Positions 11,941 to 24,076 of a stretch of DNA of 64,000 nt are shown piece by piece. The notes beneath the pieces are model-generated. The model did not search any database. It was not told the DNA's origin and saw only the letters and a program-made list of their open reading frames with translations. This stretch comes from Macrostomum lignano (taxonomy: Eukaryota), in the NCBI GenBank assembly GCA_002269645.1, contig NIVC01002633.1, positions 21,154 to 85,153 on the forward strand, read 5' to 3'. Both the position numbers and the translations under genes were made by a program. Numbering within the stretch: position 1 is the stretch's first letter; each line of letters begins with the position of its first letter.

Positions 11941-13550
11941 CGCAATGGCAAACAGTGCTGGAATGTAAGAGTCCAGCTTCAGCACAGCAGAAGTCAGGAA
12001 TCCCAAAGATATGAGCCCAAATGCTCCGCTCCAGAGCATCCAGCATGCACGCTGATATTTACTCTGTCACATTTGATCTGTTCTCGCACGCTTCCAGTTT
12101 TAGTTTTTGCAATCCGCTTAGCCTGCATTGTTATTGTGCAATATTTCATACTGTCAATCAATGGTATTATCGAGTCAAATCAGCTTATGCTTCGTATTTT
12201 TATTCAAAGGTAATCTTTTAAGAATTTTTAAAATTAAATAAATCTGTATTGCAAATCGTGTTTATCTATATGGGCTGCTGCTTTTTTGTCATTTTAAAGC
12301 GGGTCTAACTTGTTTTAGCGGGTTTAGAGATAGGTCTGAGGGAAATCTAGTGCACAGTAGGGGTTAGTTTCAATGGCTTGCGGAAGTCAAATATTGCCTC
12401 TGCTATTGCTATATCGTTCAAAAATACCCGTGGTCCACCAGATTTTGGTGCACAGTTGATACGGACTTACAGTTTCTGGTGTCCTTGTCAAAGGTTCGTT
12501 AAGTTGCTTTTGGTGATTGACGACTGAAGAATTAGCAAAATTAGATAAAATGCCGGATGGCCCGAGCGCTGTGGCTAGTTTTGCCTAGAGATAGAGACAG
12601 TTCTATTGCGAATGCAATCGTGCTACCGCCTCGGCCCATTCATGAGCATGTGCTGAGTGATAATCAAATTCTTCACGTCTTGCTGCGCCAAGCGGGACGC
12701 ACCCGCTGAGCAGCAGGCCAACAGCTCGGCCAGTAACGGCGGTAGAGGCCACCGGGCCTTTACCAAGCAGCAGCCGGAGTTGCCCAAGTTTCCAGAAAAG
12801 CATGACTCGAAGCCGCACTCATAGCGAGACTTACAAGCCCAAGGGCTGTCAATCCATATAAGTATTTAATGAACAAAAAAGGTTAAGTCCATCAGTGTCT
12901 AGTATTGCTGCTCCCAGCGATATCTACAGAGATAAACTTACATTGCTTAGTGCAGCGCAGCAGCTTGCAGCGCATCCATGCGCTTCTATGACGGTCATAC
13001 TGCCCAAAGCGTCATTTGCAATGAGCGCAGGCTATGACCCGATCGCTGGCCATGGCGCTGTCAGAATTGCTGCTAAGCACTTTGCTCTGCTCCCGCTGTG
13101 GTCCCTGCTTACTGCGAACGCTCAACTTGTTATTAAATTATCTGACTATCTGTTTAGGCGTCAGGTAGTTGGTGCAAATTCTTGTCCAGCTTTTATTTCA
13201 GAAACTGTACTCCAGAACCTGTTTGTGATAAATTTTATTTGCCCAATATGCGTCTTCTCAACAGAATATTCCCTACTATCTATATTTTATTCTTTTAAAA
13301 ATTTTGTTAACTGCCGGATGTAAAAAAATATACGCTATCAAAATCTTAATTTGATAATAAAATTTAATCGTCTTCCGTTTGAGTAATTTTTGCTTCATGA
13401 CAACCTAAACATGGGGAAATGAGAGGCGGAAGCAGCCTAAAATCATAAGTCTATCCAAGCGCTGGCTTATATGCATCTTTGATCAGCTATGTAAAACTCA
13501 CAAGCGGAACATTCAAGTCAGCAACTCCACAACTTTCTGCCCCATGCTAG

Positions 13551-16500
13551 GCGACCACCTGCTGCTTCCAGCGCAGGCATTCGCCGACTGGGGCCTCCGC
13601 ATCATGCAGCCCGTGCTGCTGCAGTCCCAGCACTGCTGCTCCGTGTTACCCTGCCCTGGCGGTGCTCAGCCAAAGCCGCTTGGCGGAAATCGCGTCTTCC
13701 CCGGCCACCTGCCACTGACCACCTGCCAGCGGTTCTGCCTGGATGCCGACTCTGCCGCCTCTGCAGCTGAACAGGAGCTGCAGCTCTCTCCGATCTCATC
13801 GACCCCCATTGCTGCCGAGTCTGCAGCTGTGGCCATCGAGTGCGAGACCATGCCAGCCAACAGGGATCTGCTTCTCAGGATTCTGAAATACAGGCTGCGT
13901 GAGTGATGCAGAGGGAGCCGATTGCAAAGCAATATGACTGTTCTGTGAGCTTCATAAGGCCCGACCTTTGAGCTCTCCTCTCCTTGCTCATTGCTCATTC
14001 TAGTCTGCCCCTGTATTAAGCCGCCTTTCTTGTTTTCATTTTTAGTTGTCTCGTAGTTTCTATTTTCATTGGCCGGTCCCTTTTCGTTTCTCTCTCGTTT
14101 GGGCCAGTCCAATCATGTCTCTCGCCGCGGAGGCCCCTGATTGGCTAGCCTTACCCTCTTCTTTCTCACTCGCCCTTCAACTCTGTAAGTTTGCCCCCAC
14201 CCCAGTCCTGTGTGGCTTAGCCCCACCCAACCTCCCCCTGCTCACGCCACCGTGTGCTGCAGTATTTGTGTGCGCACCCTGCTCTCGCGCTCCCTGGTCT
14301 CTCCCTCTAGTCCTTGCGTACTTAAGTTGTTAAAGTAAAGTGAAGATTGGTGACAGCAAATTGAAACATATCGTGAACTGAAATATTGTAGCAAGGCGAA
14401 GTCAGCCGGTCATGAGCGCATGGTCTGAAAGATAAAATATTTGCTCGGTATTTACTTTTTCTGACTGACTTCTTTGAAATCCGTTTCTCACGTCGAAGTC
14501 TTCACTCATGTCTGCGAAGAGTGTCAGTACGCTCTCAGCCCATCCACTCATGTCTGCGAAGAGTGTCAGTACGCTCTCAGCCCATCCACTCATGTCTGCG
14601 AAGAGTGTCAGTACGCTCTCAGCCCATCCACTCATGTCTGCGAAGAGTGTCAGTACGCTCTCAGCCCATCCACTCATGTCTGCGAAGAGTGTCAGTACGC
14701 TCTCAGCCCATCCACTCATGTCTGCGAAGAGTGTCAGTACGCTCTCAGCCCATCCACTCATGTCTGCGAAGAGTGTCAGTACGCTCTCAGCCCATCCACT
14801 CATGTCTGCGAAGAGTGTCAGTACGCTCTCAGCCCATCCACTCATGTCTGCGAAGAGTGTCAGTACGCTCTCAGCCCATCCACTTCCGCCCAGTGTTCTG
14901 TACGCCTCGGTGCCGCCGCTCTCCTCCCTATCAAACTCGGCAAGCTCTCAGCAGTCCAGTGCCCAAACTTCTACCACCCCGTCTGCGGTCCGCTCGAACG
15001 GTAGCTGTAAATACAACCATTGCAGAGTAGAGTTGATTCCAGAGGGAGGGAGTTGATACAGACTGATGTAGATTGAGAGCTGATTGCGGCAGGCTGATGC
15101 AGCTCAACAAGTGCACCCAATCCTTCTTGGTCTAAACAAGGCAACTGCTACGTGTCGGATGGGACCGTGAACAGCTTCAACATTCTCGGGGCCGAGGTGG
15201 CCCTGCGGTTCTGCCGCATCTCCCCGTCACCGCCGCCCGCGCCTCCGTCAGTGGCGGCCGCTGAAGGCTCTGAGCTCTCCCTGTCGAACTCGCTGGCCGC
15301 TCAGTGCTCCATCAGCAGCGAGACGGCCTCCCCACGGGCGCCACCCCAAAGCCCGGACACGCCATCAGAGACACCCAAGCGAGGTCGGCGGACCCCTCGA
15401 ACAGGTGGGGCGGTCGCAGCGGATGCTGCTGCCAGCAGCGGAGGCGGCACCGGCGGTCTGGACCTGTCCGACTATCGCCAGCTCGCCGTGTCGCTTCGAC
15501 CCGCCTCTGATTTCCGACAGCCGTATCGCATAGTGGACGCAACCAGGCTCTATTTCGAGCCTCTGGATGCTGACCCAACCGCACCGGTGCCAGCGGGCAG
15601 CGATGACCTGCCGGAGCTGTTCGGCCTGGAGCGCCAAGAGGAGCAGCTCAGCGCCGCGGTGGCGCAGTTCGTGTCCGAGCTGTGCAGCCCGACCGGCTTT
15701 GCTTTCACCGGAGTTTTCCTGTGCGGGCCCCGCGGCTGCGGCAAGGCCAGTCTGGCTGCCAGTGTCTGCCGGCGTCTCCGCTGCCCGCTGGTGCGCCTGG
15801 ACCGCAACTGCCTGCTCGGCCGCTACCTGGGCCAGGCTGAGGCCAATCTGAGCTCTACTCTGAAACAAGCCGCTGCCAGGTACGTGCACCTGCTCTGCGC
15901 TGTGATGGAAAGTGGCTGCGGGCACCCTAAATACATTATGTTTGAAATCTGGCCCTCAAATGAATTTCAATAGTTGGGGAGTTTTACAGAAAACTTTTCA
16001 GAGGCCCATGTGATAAGAGATTGCCAATTTAGTGCTAAAACACTAAGCGATTTCTATCCTCTCAGTTTCAGTAAAATTAGTCTTGTAATGAATTTGAAAT
16101 GTGTCGTTTTACTAGTGGTCCTTGGCTGCACATGAACTCACATAAGGCGTGCAGCCGCTCCCATCTTGTAAGATATGCACTTGAACTGCGCCTCGGCGTT
16201 TGGCCTGCACACAGGAGCCTAGGTCCACTGCACACAGGAGCCTAGGTCCACTGCACACAGGAGCCTAGGTCCACTGCACACAGGAGCCTAGGTCCACTGC
16301 ACACAGGAGCCTAGGTCCACTGCACACAGGAGCCTAGGTCCACTGCACACAGGAGCCTAGGTCCACTGCACACAGGAGCCTAGGTCCACTGCACACAGGA
16401 GCCTAGGTTCACTGCACACAGGAGCCTAGGTCCACTGCACACAGGAGCCTAGGTCCACTGCACACAGAAGCCTAGGTCCACTGCACACAGGAGCCTAGGT

Positions 16501-19500
16501 CCACTGCACACAGGAGCCTAGGTCCACTGCACACAGGAGCCTAGGTCCACTGCACACAGGAGCCTAGGTCCACTGCACACAGGAGCCTAGGTCCACTGCA
16601 CACAGGAGCCTAGGTTCACTGCACACAGGAGCCTAGGTCCACTGCACACAGGAGCCTAGGTCCACTGCACACAGGAGCCTAGGTCCACTGCACACAGAAG
16701 CCTAGGTCCACTGCACACAGGAGCCTAGGTCCACTGCACACAGGAGCCTAGGTTCACTGCACACAGGAGCCTAGGTTCACTGCACACAGGAGCCTAGGTC
16801 CACTGCACACAGGAGCCTAGGTCCACTGCACACAGGAGCCTAGGTCCACTGCACACAGGAGCCTAGGTCCACTGCACACAGGAGCCTAGGTCCACTGCAC
16901 ACAGGAGCCTAGGTCCACTGCACACAGGAGCCTAGGTCCACTGCACACAGGAGCCTAGGTCCACTGCACACAGGAGCCTAGGTCCACTGCACACAGGAGC
17001 CTAGGTCCACTGCACACAGGAGCCTAGGTCCACTGCACACAGGAGCCTAGGTCCACTGCACACAGGAGCCTAGGTCCACTGCACACAGGAGCCTAGGTCC
17101 ACTGCACACAGGAGCCTAGGTCCACTGCACACAGGAGCCTAGGTCCACTGCACACAGGAGCCTAGGTCCACTGCACACAGGAGCCTAGGTCCACTGCACA
17201 CAGGAGCCTAGGTCCACTGCACACAGGAGCCTAGGTCCACTGGCACAAGAGACTGTGGTCTGTGGAGCCGCTCTGTCAAGGCCTCAAGTTCTCAGATGCT
17301 TCTATTAAAGATACTTTTAAACCTTTCCCGTTAACCAACTGCCTTCAGCGGCAGCACCTGCCTGCTTATTGAGGACATTGACGAGCAGTTCGGCGAGGCC
17401 AGGGCCGGCAGCACCGGCGTTGACAACCGCCTGAGGCAGGTGCTGGCGTCAGAGCTGGAGCAGCTGAACTCCAGCGGCCGCCTTCTGCTGCTTGCCACCG
17501 GCAGCGATCTGAAGAGTCTGAATGAGAGGCTGCGCAGCCTCTTCCAGCTGCGCATCCTTGTGCCGCTGCCCACAGGCGAGGCCAAGGCCAGGGTGAGTCG
17601 CTGACGCCCTGCTCTGCCTACTGGCAGTAGTGTGACACGAGACCTGAGTGTTGAACTGGTTAAACCCACACCTTTATAAACGAGCTGATATCGCCACACC
17701 TACTGTACGAGGGGCTCGTATAGGTGAGCTGATCTCGCCACACCTACTGTATAGGTGAGCTGATCTCGCCACACCTACTGTATAGGTGAGCTGATCTCGC
17801 CACACCTACTGTATATGTGAGCTGATCTCGCCACACCTACTGTATAGGTGAGCTGATCTCGCCACACCTACTGTATAGGTGAGCTGATCTCGCCACACCT
17901 ACTGTATAGGTGAGCTGATCTCGCCACACCTACTGTATAGGTGAGCTGATCTCGCCACACCTACTGTATAGGTGAGCTGATCTCGCCACACCTACTGTAT
18001 AGGTGAGCTGATCTCGCCATACCTACTGTATAGGTGAGCTGATCTCGCCACACCTACTGTATAGGTGAGCTGATCTCGCCACACCTACTGCATAGGTGAG
18101 CTGATCTCGCCACACCTACTGTATAGGTGAGCTGATCTCGCCACACCTACTGTATAGGTGAGCTGATCTCGCCACACCTACTGTATAGGTGAGCTGATCT
18201 CGCCACACCTACTGTATAGGTGAGCTGATCTCGCCACACCTACTGCATAGGTGAGCTGATCTCGCCACACCTACTGTATAGGTGAGCTGATCTCGCCACA
18301 CCTACTGTATAGGTGAGCTGATCTCGCCACACCTACTGTATAGGTGAGCTGATCTCGCCACACCTACTGTATAGGTGAGCTGATCTCGCCTCCCTGCTTT
18401 TGCAGCTGATGGAGCGGCAGCTCAACCGGCTGCCGGAGCCGATGCGGCCATCTGACTCGGGCCTGGTGCGCCAGTTTGCTGCCCGTGTGCACGGCTACTC
18501 GGCATCTGAGCTGATCAGCTTGTGCAAGCTGGGTGAGTTCTGCAAGTTCCCTAGTGTCTCCTCGCTGATGGCAAGCGGTTGAATGAAGCATTTCATTGAC
18601 AGCAACAGAAAGGATCATTTCGTTATGCCTCTAAGAGCATAAATACGTAATTAAATGCTTAAAGTAGGAAATTTGCCTTGAATTATTTTCCATTGGCATG
18701 TGGTTTTCCTCATTTGTCTCCTTTTTGGCAAAAGGCCAATATTTGCATCTTCTCAGAGCACAGAGCATCTCTCTTGACTCTTGACGCACTGTTTGACGAC
18801 CTGATTGGCTAATACGGCCCAGCCCCCGCCTATCCCTCAGCCGTGATTGGCTAATACGGCCCAGCCCCCGCCAATCCCTCAGCCGTGATTGGCTAATACG
18901 GCCCAGCCCCGCCAATCCCTCAGCCGTGATTGGCTAATACGGCCCAGCCCCCGTCAATCCCTCAGCCGTGACTGGCTAATACGGCCCAGCCCTCGCCAAT
19001 CCCTCAGCCGTGATTGGCTAATACGGCCCAGCCCCCGCCAATCCCTCAGCCGTGATTGGCTAATACGGCCCAGCCCCCGTCAATCCCTCAGCCGTGACTG
19101 GCTAATACGGCCCAGCCCCCGCCAATCCCTCAGCCGTGATTGGCTAATACGGCCCAGCCCCCGCCAATCCCTCAGCCGTGATTGGCTAATACGGCCCAGC
19201 CCCGCCAATCCCTCAGCCGTGCACGTCAGCCGCACAGCCGGCCGCCAGCGCTTGGAGCGTCGCGACTTCGATGAGGCTCTGCGCAGCTTCCGTCCCTCGG
19301 GAGTCCAGGCACTGCTCACCAGCGCCGATCGCGTCTCCTGGGACGACATCGGCGGGCTGGACAAGCTGAAGCAGCTGCTGCGGGACCGCGTGCTGGCGCC
19401 GCTGCTGGAGCCAGACCGGTTCGCCAAGTTCGGCGTGCGGCCCCCTGCTGGGATGCTGCTGTACGGGCCGCCCGGCTGCTGCAAGACCATGATGGCCAAG

Positions 19501-20471
19501 GCTGTGGCCACCGAGTGCGGCCTGCCCTTTATTGCCGTGCAGTGCGCTGATGTCTACTCGAGGTGAGTTCCAATCCTATGCTGTTTTAAATTGTCAACAT
19601 GCGACAGATGCGGAATTGCTACTGATAAGCTGCAAATTAGAAACTTTTTATCGCATTTCTTCTGACTTCCTAATTCTTCAAGTAAACCATTGGCTCGAGC
19701 CATATTGAATGCGGTGGTTTATGTGTCTTCTTAATTTAGTGGTTAGGTAGCGGTAGACTGACGGAATCTGATCCCAAGCATCTCATTGAAGCTGCAATAT
19801 TCAGAAATATTTTTGCCGGTTCAACTTCCCTCACTAGCTTGATCCCCTCATCCCACGCAATCCCCAGATACGTGGGCGATTCTGAGCGGTCCATCCGGGA
19901 GCTGCTGACCCGGGCGCAGGCTGCGGCTCCTGCCGTACTGTTCCTTGACGAAGTCGACGCCCTTCTGCCGACCCGCGGCGGCGGCGGGCCGGACGCCGGC
20001 GGCGACAGCGTGGGCAACCGCGTGCTGTCGGAGGTGCTGACGCTGCTGGACGGCGTGGCCGGACGGTCGCGGCTGTTCGTACTGGCAGCCACAAACCGGC
20101 CGGAGTGCGTGGACCCCGCGCTGCTGCGCCCCGGCCGCCTGGACCGCCTCATCTTCGTGCCGCTGCCCGACGAAGCCTCCCGACAGCGGATTCTCGCCGT
20201 GGCATCCGCGCGACTGCCTCAGTGCTGCGAGGAAGACGCCGCGGCGGCCATGTCGGAGGTGGCCGCCCGCACTGAAGGCCTCAGCGGTGCCGAGCTCACG
20301 GCGCTGGTCTCGGAGACCGCAGCTGAGTCCGTCCAGAACGGTCTGACTGGCCTGAGCTGGAAGCTGGCGCTGCAGCTGCTGGAGGCTGGCCGGGTCCGGC
20401 CGCGGACCTCCGCCGCAGCCATGGCCAGCTACGCCAGATTCGCAGATTCTCACGGCTGCGGAGGCTTTTGA
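13551..20471 (+). CDS. Double-AAA ATPase of the AFG2/SPATA5 family, closest in motif to SPATA5L1/AFG2B; first exon not resolved
   Basis: Exons 13551-13898, 14875-15000, 15141-15879, 17349-17592, 18406-18532, 19217-19562, 19868-20471, phase-consistent. D2 has WDDIGG, GMLLYGPPGCCKT (family-type GPPGCxKT), ADVYSRYVGDSE, LFLDEVD and ATNRPECVDPALLRPGRLD. D1 has GPRGCGKA and LLIEDID. Confidence 0.85.
14503..14883 (+). repeat. 42-bp tandem repeat, 9 copies, each containing the acceptor ctctcag|cccatcca
   Basis: Seen directly. Phase continuity from the donor after 13898 places the exon start at 14875, inside the last unit. Confidence 0.93.
16206..17242. repeat. 23-bp tandem repeat, about 45 copies (tgcacacaggagcctaggtccac), intronic
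   Basis: Seen directly. Confidence 0.97.
17683..18390 (+). repeat. 31-bp tandem repeat, about 22 copies (gtgagctgatctcgccacacctactgtatag), intronic
   Basis: Seen directly. It ends 15 nt before the acceptor at 18405. Confidence 0.97.
18803..19220 (+). repeat. 41-42-bp tandem repeat, about 10 copies, each ending in the acceptor ccctcag|ccgt
   Basis: Seen directly. The last unit overlaps the functional acceptor at 19216/19217. Confidence 0.95.
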
Positions 20472-20848
20472 TTTAAATGAGGGGCTGACATCTTGCTGGG
20501 CTGAGCAGCTGGATTTGCGCTTTTTTATTTTCTAAAATAGAAACTGTCGGAACTCTTTGTTGCTGCATTTCGCACTGCTGCGCATTTTGAAACTCAGATT
20601 TGACTACCGCCTCTGTTACTTTGTCATTCACCTGCCGTTGCGCCAATATAGCGTTATAGCCATGCGAAAATTGACAAGATTTAATTAATGTCAAGCCAGT
20701 CGCCGAATACATTTTATTGAGTAAATTGCCCTTGGTTACCAGTGTCACAAAGCAAAAGTGAGGAGAACAACCAGATTCAGTGGACTCAGACGCTTGCACT
20801 CTAAAGACGCTCATACCATGCAGTTAGTTTGCGAGTCCTGGCATGTCA

Positions 20849-23800
20849 TCACTGTGAACTCCTCCCCTTGCTGGCAGTTGCCGCTGCCTCATCCGCAGCT
20901 TCAACCGCCCGCCGGCCGAGCTTGGCAGACAATGCGGATTTTGCCTTCGCCTCTGCGTCCTCGAGGCTCTGCGCCATTTCACCGCGCACCTGGTCTGCGC
21001 GCCGGTCCAGCCGCATAGCGATGGAGGCCAGGTTGCCCATGCTCGAGAACTCATCGCTGGCATTGGCTGCGGCCATATCCGGTATTACCTGATCTAGCAG
21101 GTGGCTGTTCTCGTAGCACAGTTGGGAGATATAGTACCTGCGGTGCAAAGACTGTTTATACATTATCGAATCAAGCTTAGGACCGCTGTACGAGTATCAT
21201 ATCATGATGTAGAACTCCAAGATCGAGTAATTTTTTGCTCAATTTCCTAAAAAGTACACTGCGGAGTCTGGAGATCGCAAAAACCTTTTTCATTAAAAAA
21301 CATCAATGATTCAAGAAGGTACAAAACTAAAATTTTACTTGCGTTTTTACAGCTTTGGCTTGGGCTTATGAAATAAAAAGAAACAGTGTGAGAATAAAAC
21401 TTTCACTGCACAGTAACATGTACGTGCGTGTTAAATTAAAGGAATGGTACTCTTCACTGCCCCAGATCAAATGCAATCATTGATTTTGTGATGGAAAATG
21501 ATTTCCTATCTCCGCAGTGTATTTTTTTCCAGGAATTGACCTAAGACTTTCATGATCTTCACGTCCTGTTATGCTACAGTGATGCAGAAAACCAAAAACC
21601 TATTTGCTTGAAGTTTGAAACTTGGCATCGTCAACCATGTACATGTCTTTATAGTCAAACAATAACAAAATGCTTCGGTTTAGAGCTTGTAATCCCCCGC
21701 CTAGTGCTCTCATCGCGCTTTTTGCACCCGGCCTCCTTCGCTTAGGGGGGGGGGGTAACACTGCGCGTGGGAAATACGGAGTCGAATGGCCGTAGCATTG
21801 ATTAAAGCTTTTCTCGAACTGTGTTGCGTTCTCTCCCTCCCGCATTGGGCACCAACGATCCTTTTCGACGATGTGAAGTTTCGAGATGGGGAAGAAGCTA
21901 AATGCATGCTTCGATGGTATTTGATAATGCAAAATTTTGGTCCCATGAACGCGAGTGCTGGGTGCAAAAAATTATTTGCGATGCCAGGAATGCCGTCGCT
22001 GATGCATGCGCTCGTACATGTGCATGCAGTAGCAATTAAAACTCGCTAAAGAGCTTCAGCCACTGTGAGCCCGGTCGATATGTATAAATCACAATGGACT
22101 GAAGTCTACCGGTAAAATGCGGTCCGCCAGCTCACCTGTCGGCAAGTCGGTTCGAGAAATAGTCAGTGCAGCCATCCTCAATCTCAGCGTAGCCGCTACC
22201 ACCGCCTCCGCGGCCGAGCAACGGAAAACCTTCATCAGCGACACTTCGCTTGGGCTGAACGACCAGGCCCAGGATGCGCTGGAAGTAGTGCGAGCGACAC
22301 TCTTTGCCGCAGGAGCTGAGGCAGCGCTTCGTGCGGCACTGGCGACACCGGCAGCCGAGCACGAAGGGGAAAAAGTAAAACAGCTGCCTGGCCGTGGCCA
22401 GCAAGCAGAAGGCCAGCAGAGACATGTTGGTGGACCAGCCGACCTCGTATATGCTGGCCTGCAGCAGCACGCAGTTAAAACGGCGATGGCCGGAGGTCCC
22501 GCGCGAGTCCGGCAGGTAGCAGACAAAGCGATAGCGAACGTCCTCGTGACGGAAGCCCGGGAAGAAGGCGTAGAAAGCCATCCAGCCTGCGATGACGGCC
22601 GCTCGGGCCAGCTGGAAAGCACAGTACCGGCCCGTGTGCTTCGACTTGCAGTACCAGCGCCGTAGTCGCTGCTTCAGCGTCGCGTCCGTCAGCAGGTCGG
22701 CCTTCGATGGTCTTCCTTGCTGCATCCGCCGGTGTCGGCAGGTCTCCTCCGAATTGCAGCCATCACCGCCGCCACCGCTGCCTTCCGCATCATCGGCCAG
22801 CAGCTTCTTGGAAAGCTCGACCACAAACTGAATGTTTTGGCGCAGACATTCTCCTGCAGTCTGGCTCCAGACGTAGTAGGGCAGGTAGACTGTCCCTGCC
22901 TGGGTTTACAGACGGTTTGGTTGGGTTTCATGGATTTGTTGCCAGATTCGGGTTCTCGACTTAAAGAACGCGCAAAGTCGGGCTGTTATCAGAGGAGATA
23001 AGGAGAAGCTCAACATTTTTTACACTTACTGACGTCTCAAATTTGGTAATTTTAACGACTCTTTACCTGAATAATAAACACAATGGGCAGGTAGAACTGC
23101 AGCAAGTAGTGCCTCAGAACTCCATCGAAGCTGGCCGGTATTGTGCCATCGGGCAGGCCGGTCTGGTCCACGCCGCGACTGTAGCAGTAGGACTCGGCGT
23201 ACACCTTGTCCGCCACGGAGGCCGTCGCTGCGGTCGCCGCACTCCCGTTCTCTTTGCTTCCGTCTGCCTCCGTGGCGCACGTAACCTTGGCTTCTGGAGG
23301 AATGGGGACAGGTGACCTGACATGATATGGATCCGAACGAGACTACATATTTTCATAGCTGAAGCTGGGTTTGGTTTTAATATGCAGTGTAGGAGATCGA
23401 TAGAAAACTCATGAACCGCTTGAGGGTTGTCTGGTTATTTTCTATGAAATATACAGTGTATTTGAACACGTGTGCGAGTGTACGCATAGAAAAATCCACA
23501 ACATTTTATCTTGAAAACCCGCTAAAAATTTAAGATCGTAAATTTAGTGTGATACGACGTACGTTATGCGAGCACATGATTAATGATAGATAAGTGAGAC
23601 AATTTTTCTAAATATGCACTATAGATGAATTCCAGCTTCTTTTGGTTTTGTTGCATCTGCTTTATTTAATTTGAGCAACTTTGACTGGCGGTAATGCGGA
23701 CGGGCCTAATCTTAACCCTAACCCCAACCTTAACTCGCTGCTTTGCTTGGCAGTGCTGACAGCAACTGCGCTGGCCCAGGTCCCATAGTGACAACTATCG

Positions 23801-24076
23801 AAAAGCATAGGATTTATGAGCATAGATTATCAGCACGTCAAAGCTCTGTTCCTTTGGCAATAATTCAGAATTCTCAGACATGGATTCATCCACACTCCGA
23901 AGACAGCAGCTCTCACGGGCAGCGAAGTTTGCAGCCAGAATGGCGACTGCCTGCACGATGACCGTCATGAAGGCCAGCCGGTTGATCAGCCGGTCAATGG
24001 GGAAGCTCGCCTTCACCGAGTGCGGCCTCACGAACTGCTCCAGCGAAGACTGCAGCGAGTTTGCCAAGTTGGACAT
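20849..24076 (-). CDS. Innexin/pannexin-superfamily four-TM channel protein
   Basis: Exons 24076-23917, 23293-23067, 22899-22136, 21137-20849, phase-consistent. It reads MSNLANSLQSSLEQFVRPHSVKASFPIDRLINRLAF...AKVTC...VYAESYCYSRG...QFYLPIVFIIQAGTVYLPYYVWSQ...YRFVCYLP...FNCVLLQASIYE. The two Cys per extracellular loop, the SYC motif and the Q-x3-YLP-x3-W motif are typical of this superfamily. Confidence 0.8.
21183..21581. mobile_element. Possible degenerate MITE in the last intron of the pannexin-like gene
   Basis: aaaaagtacactgcggag (about 21249-21266) is inverted relative to ctccgcagtgtattttt (about 21510-21526), with weaker inverted similarity out to the ends. Confidence 0.4.

Noticed and set aside
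12603-13323. GC-rich, exon-like segments between PTDSS1 and the AAA gene
   Set aside because: Several frames are open on both strands, but I could not build a phase-consistent model or recognise a family. It may contain the AAA first exon; transcript data are needed.
22117-22665. 182-aa + strand ORF
   Set aside because: It is an antisense shadow of the GC-rich pannexin-like exon 3.
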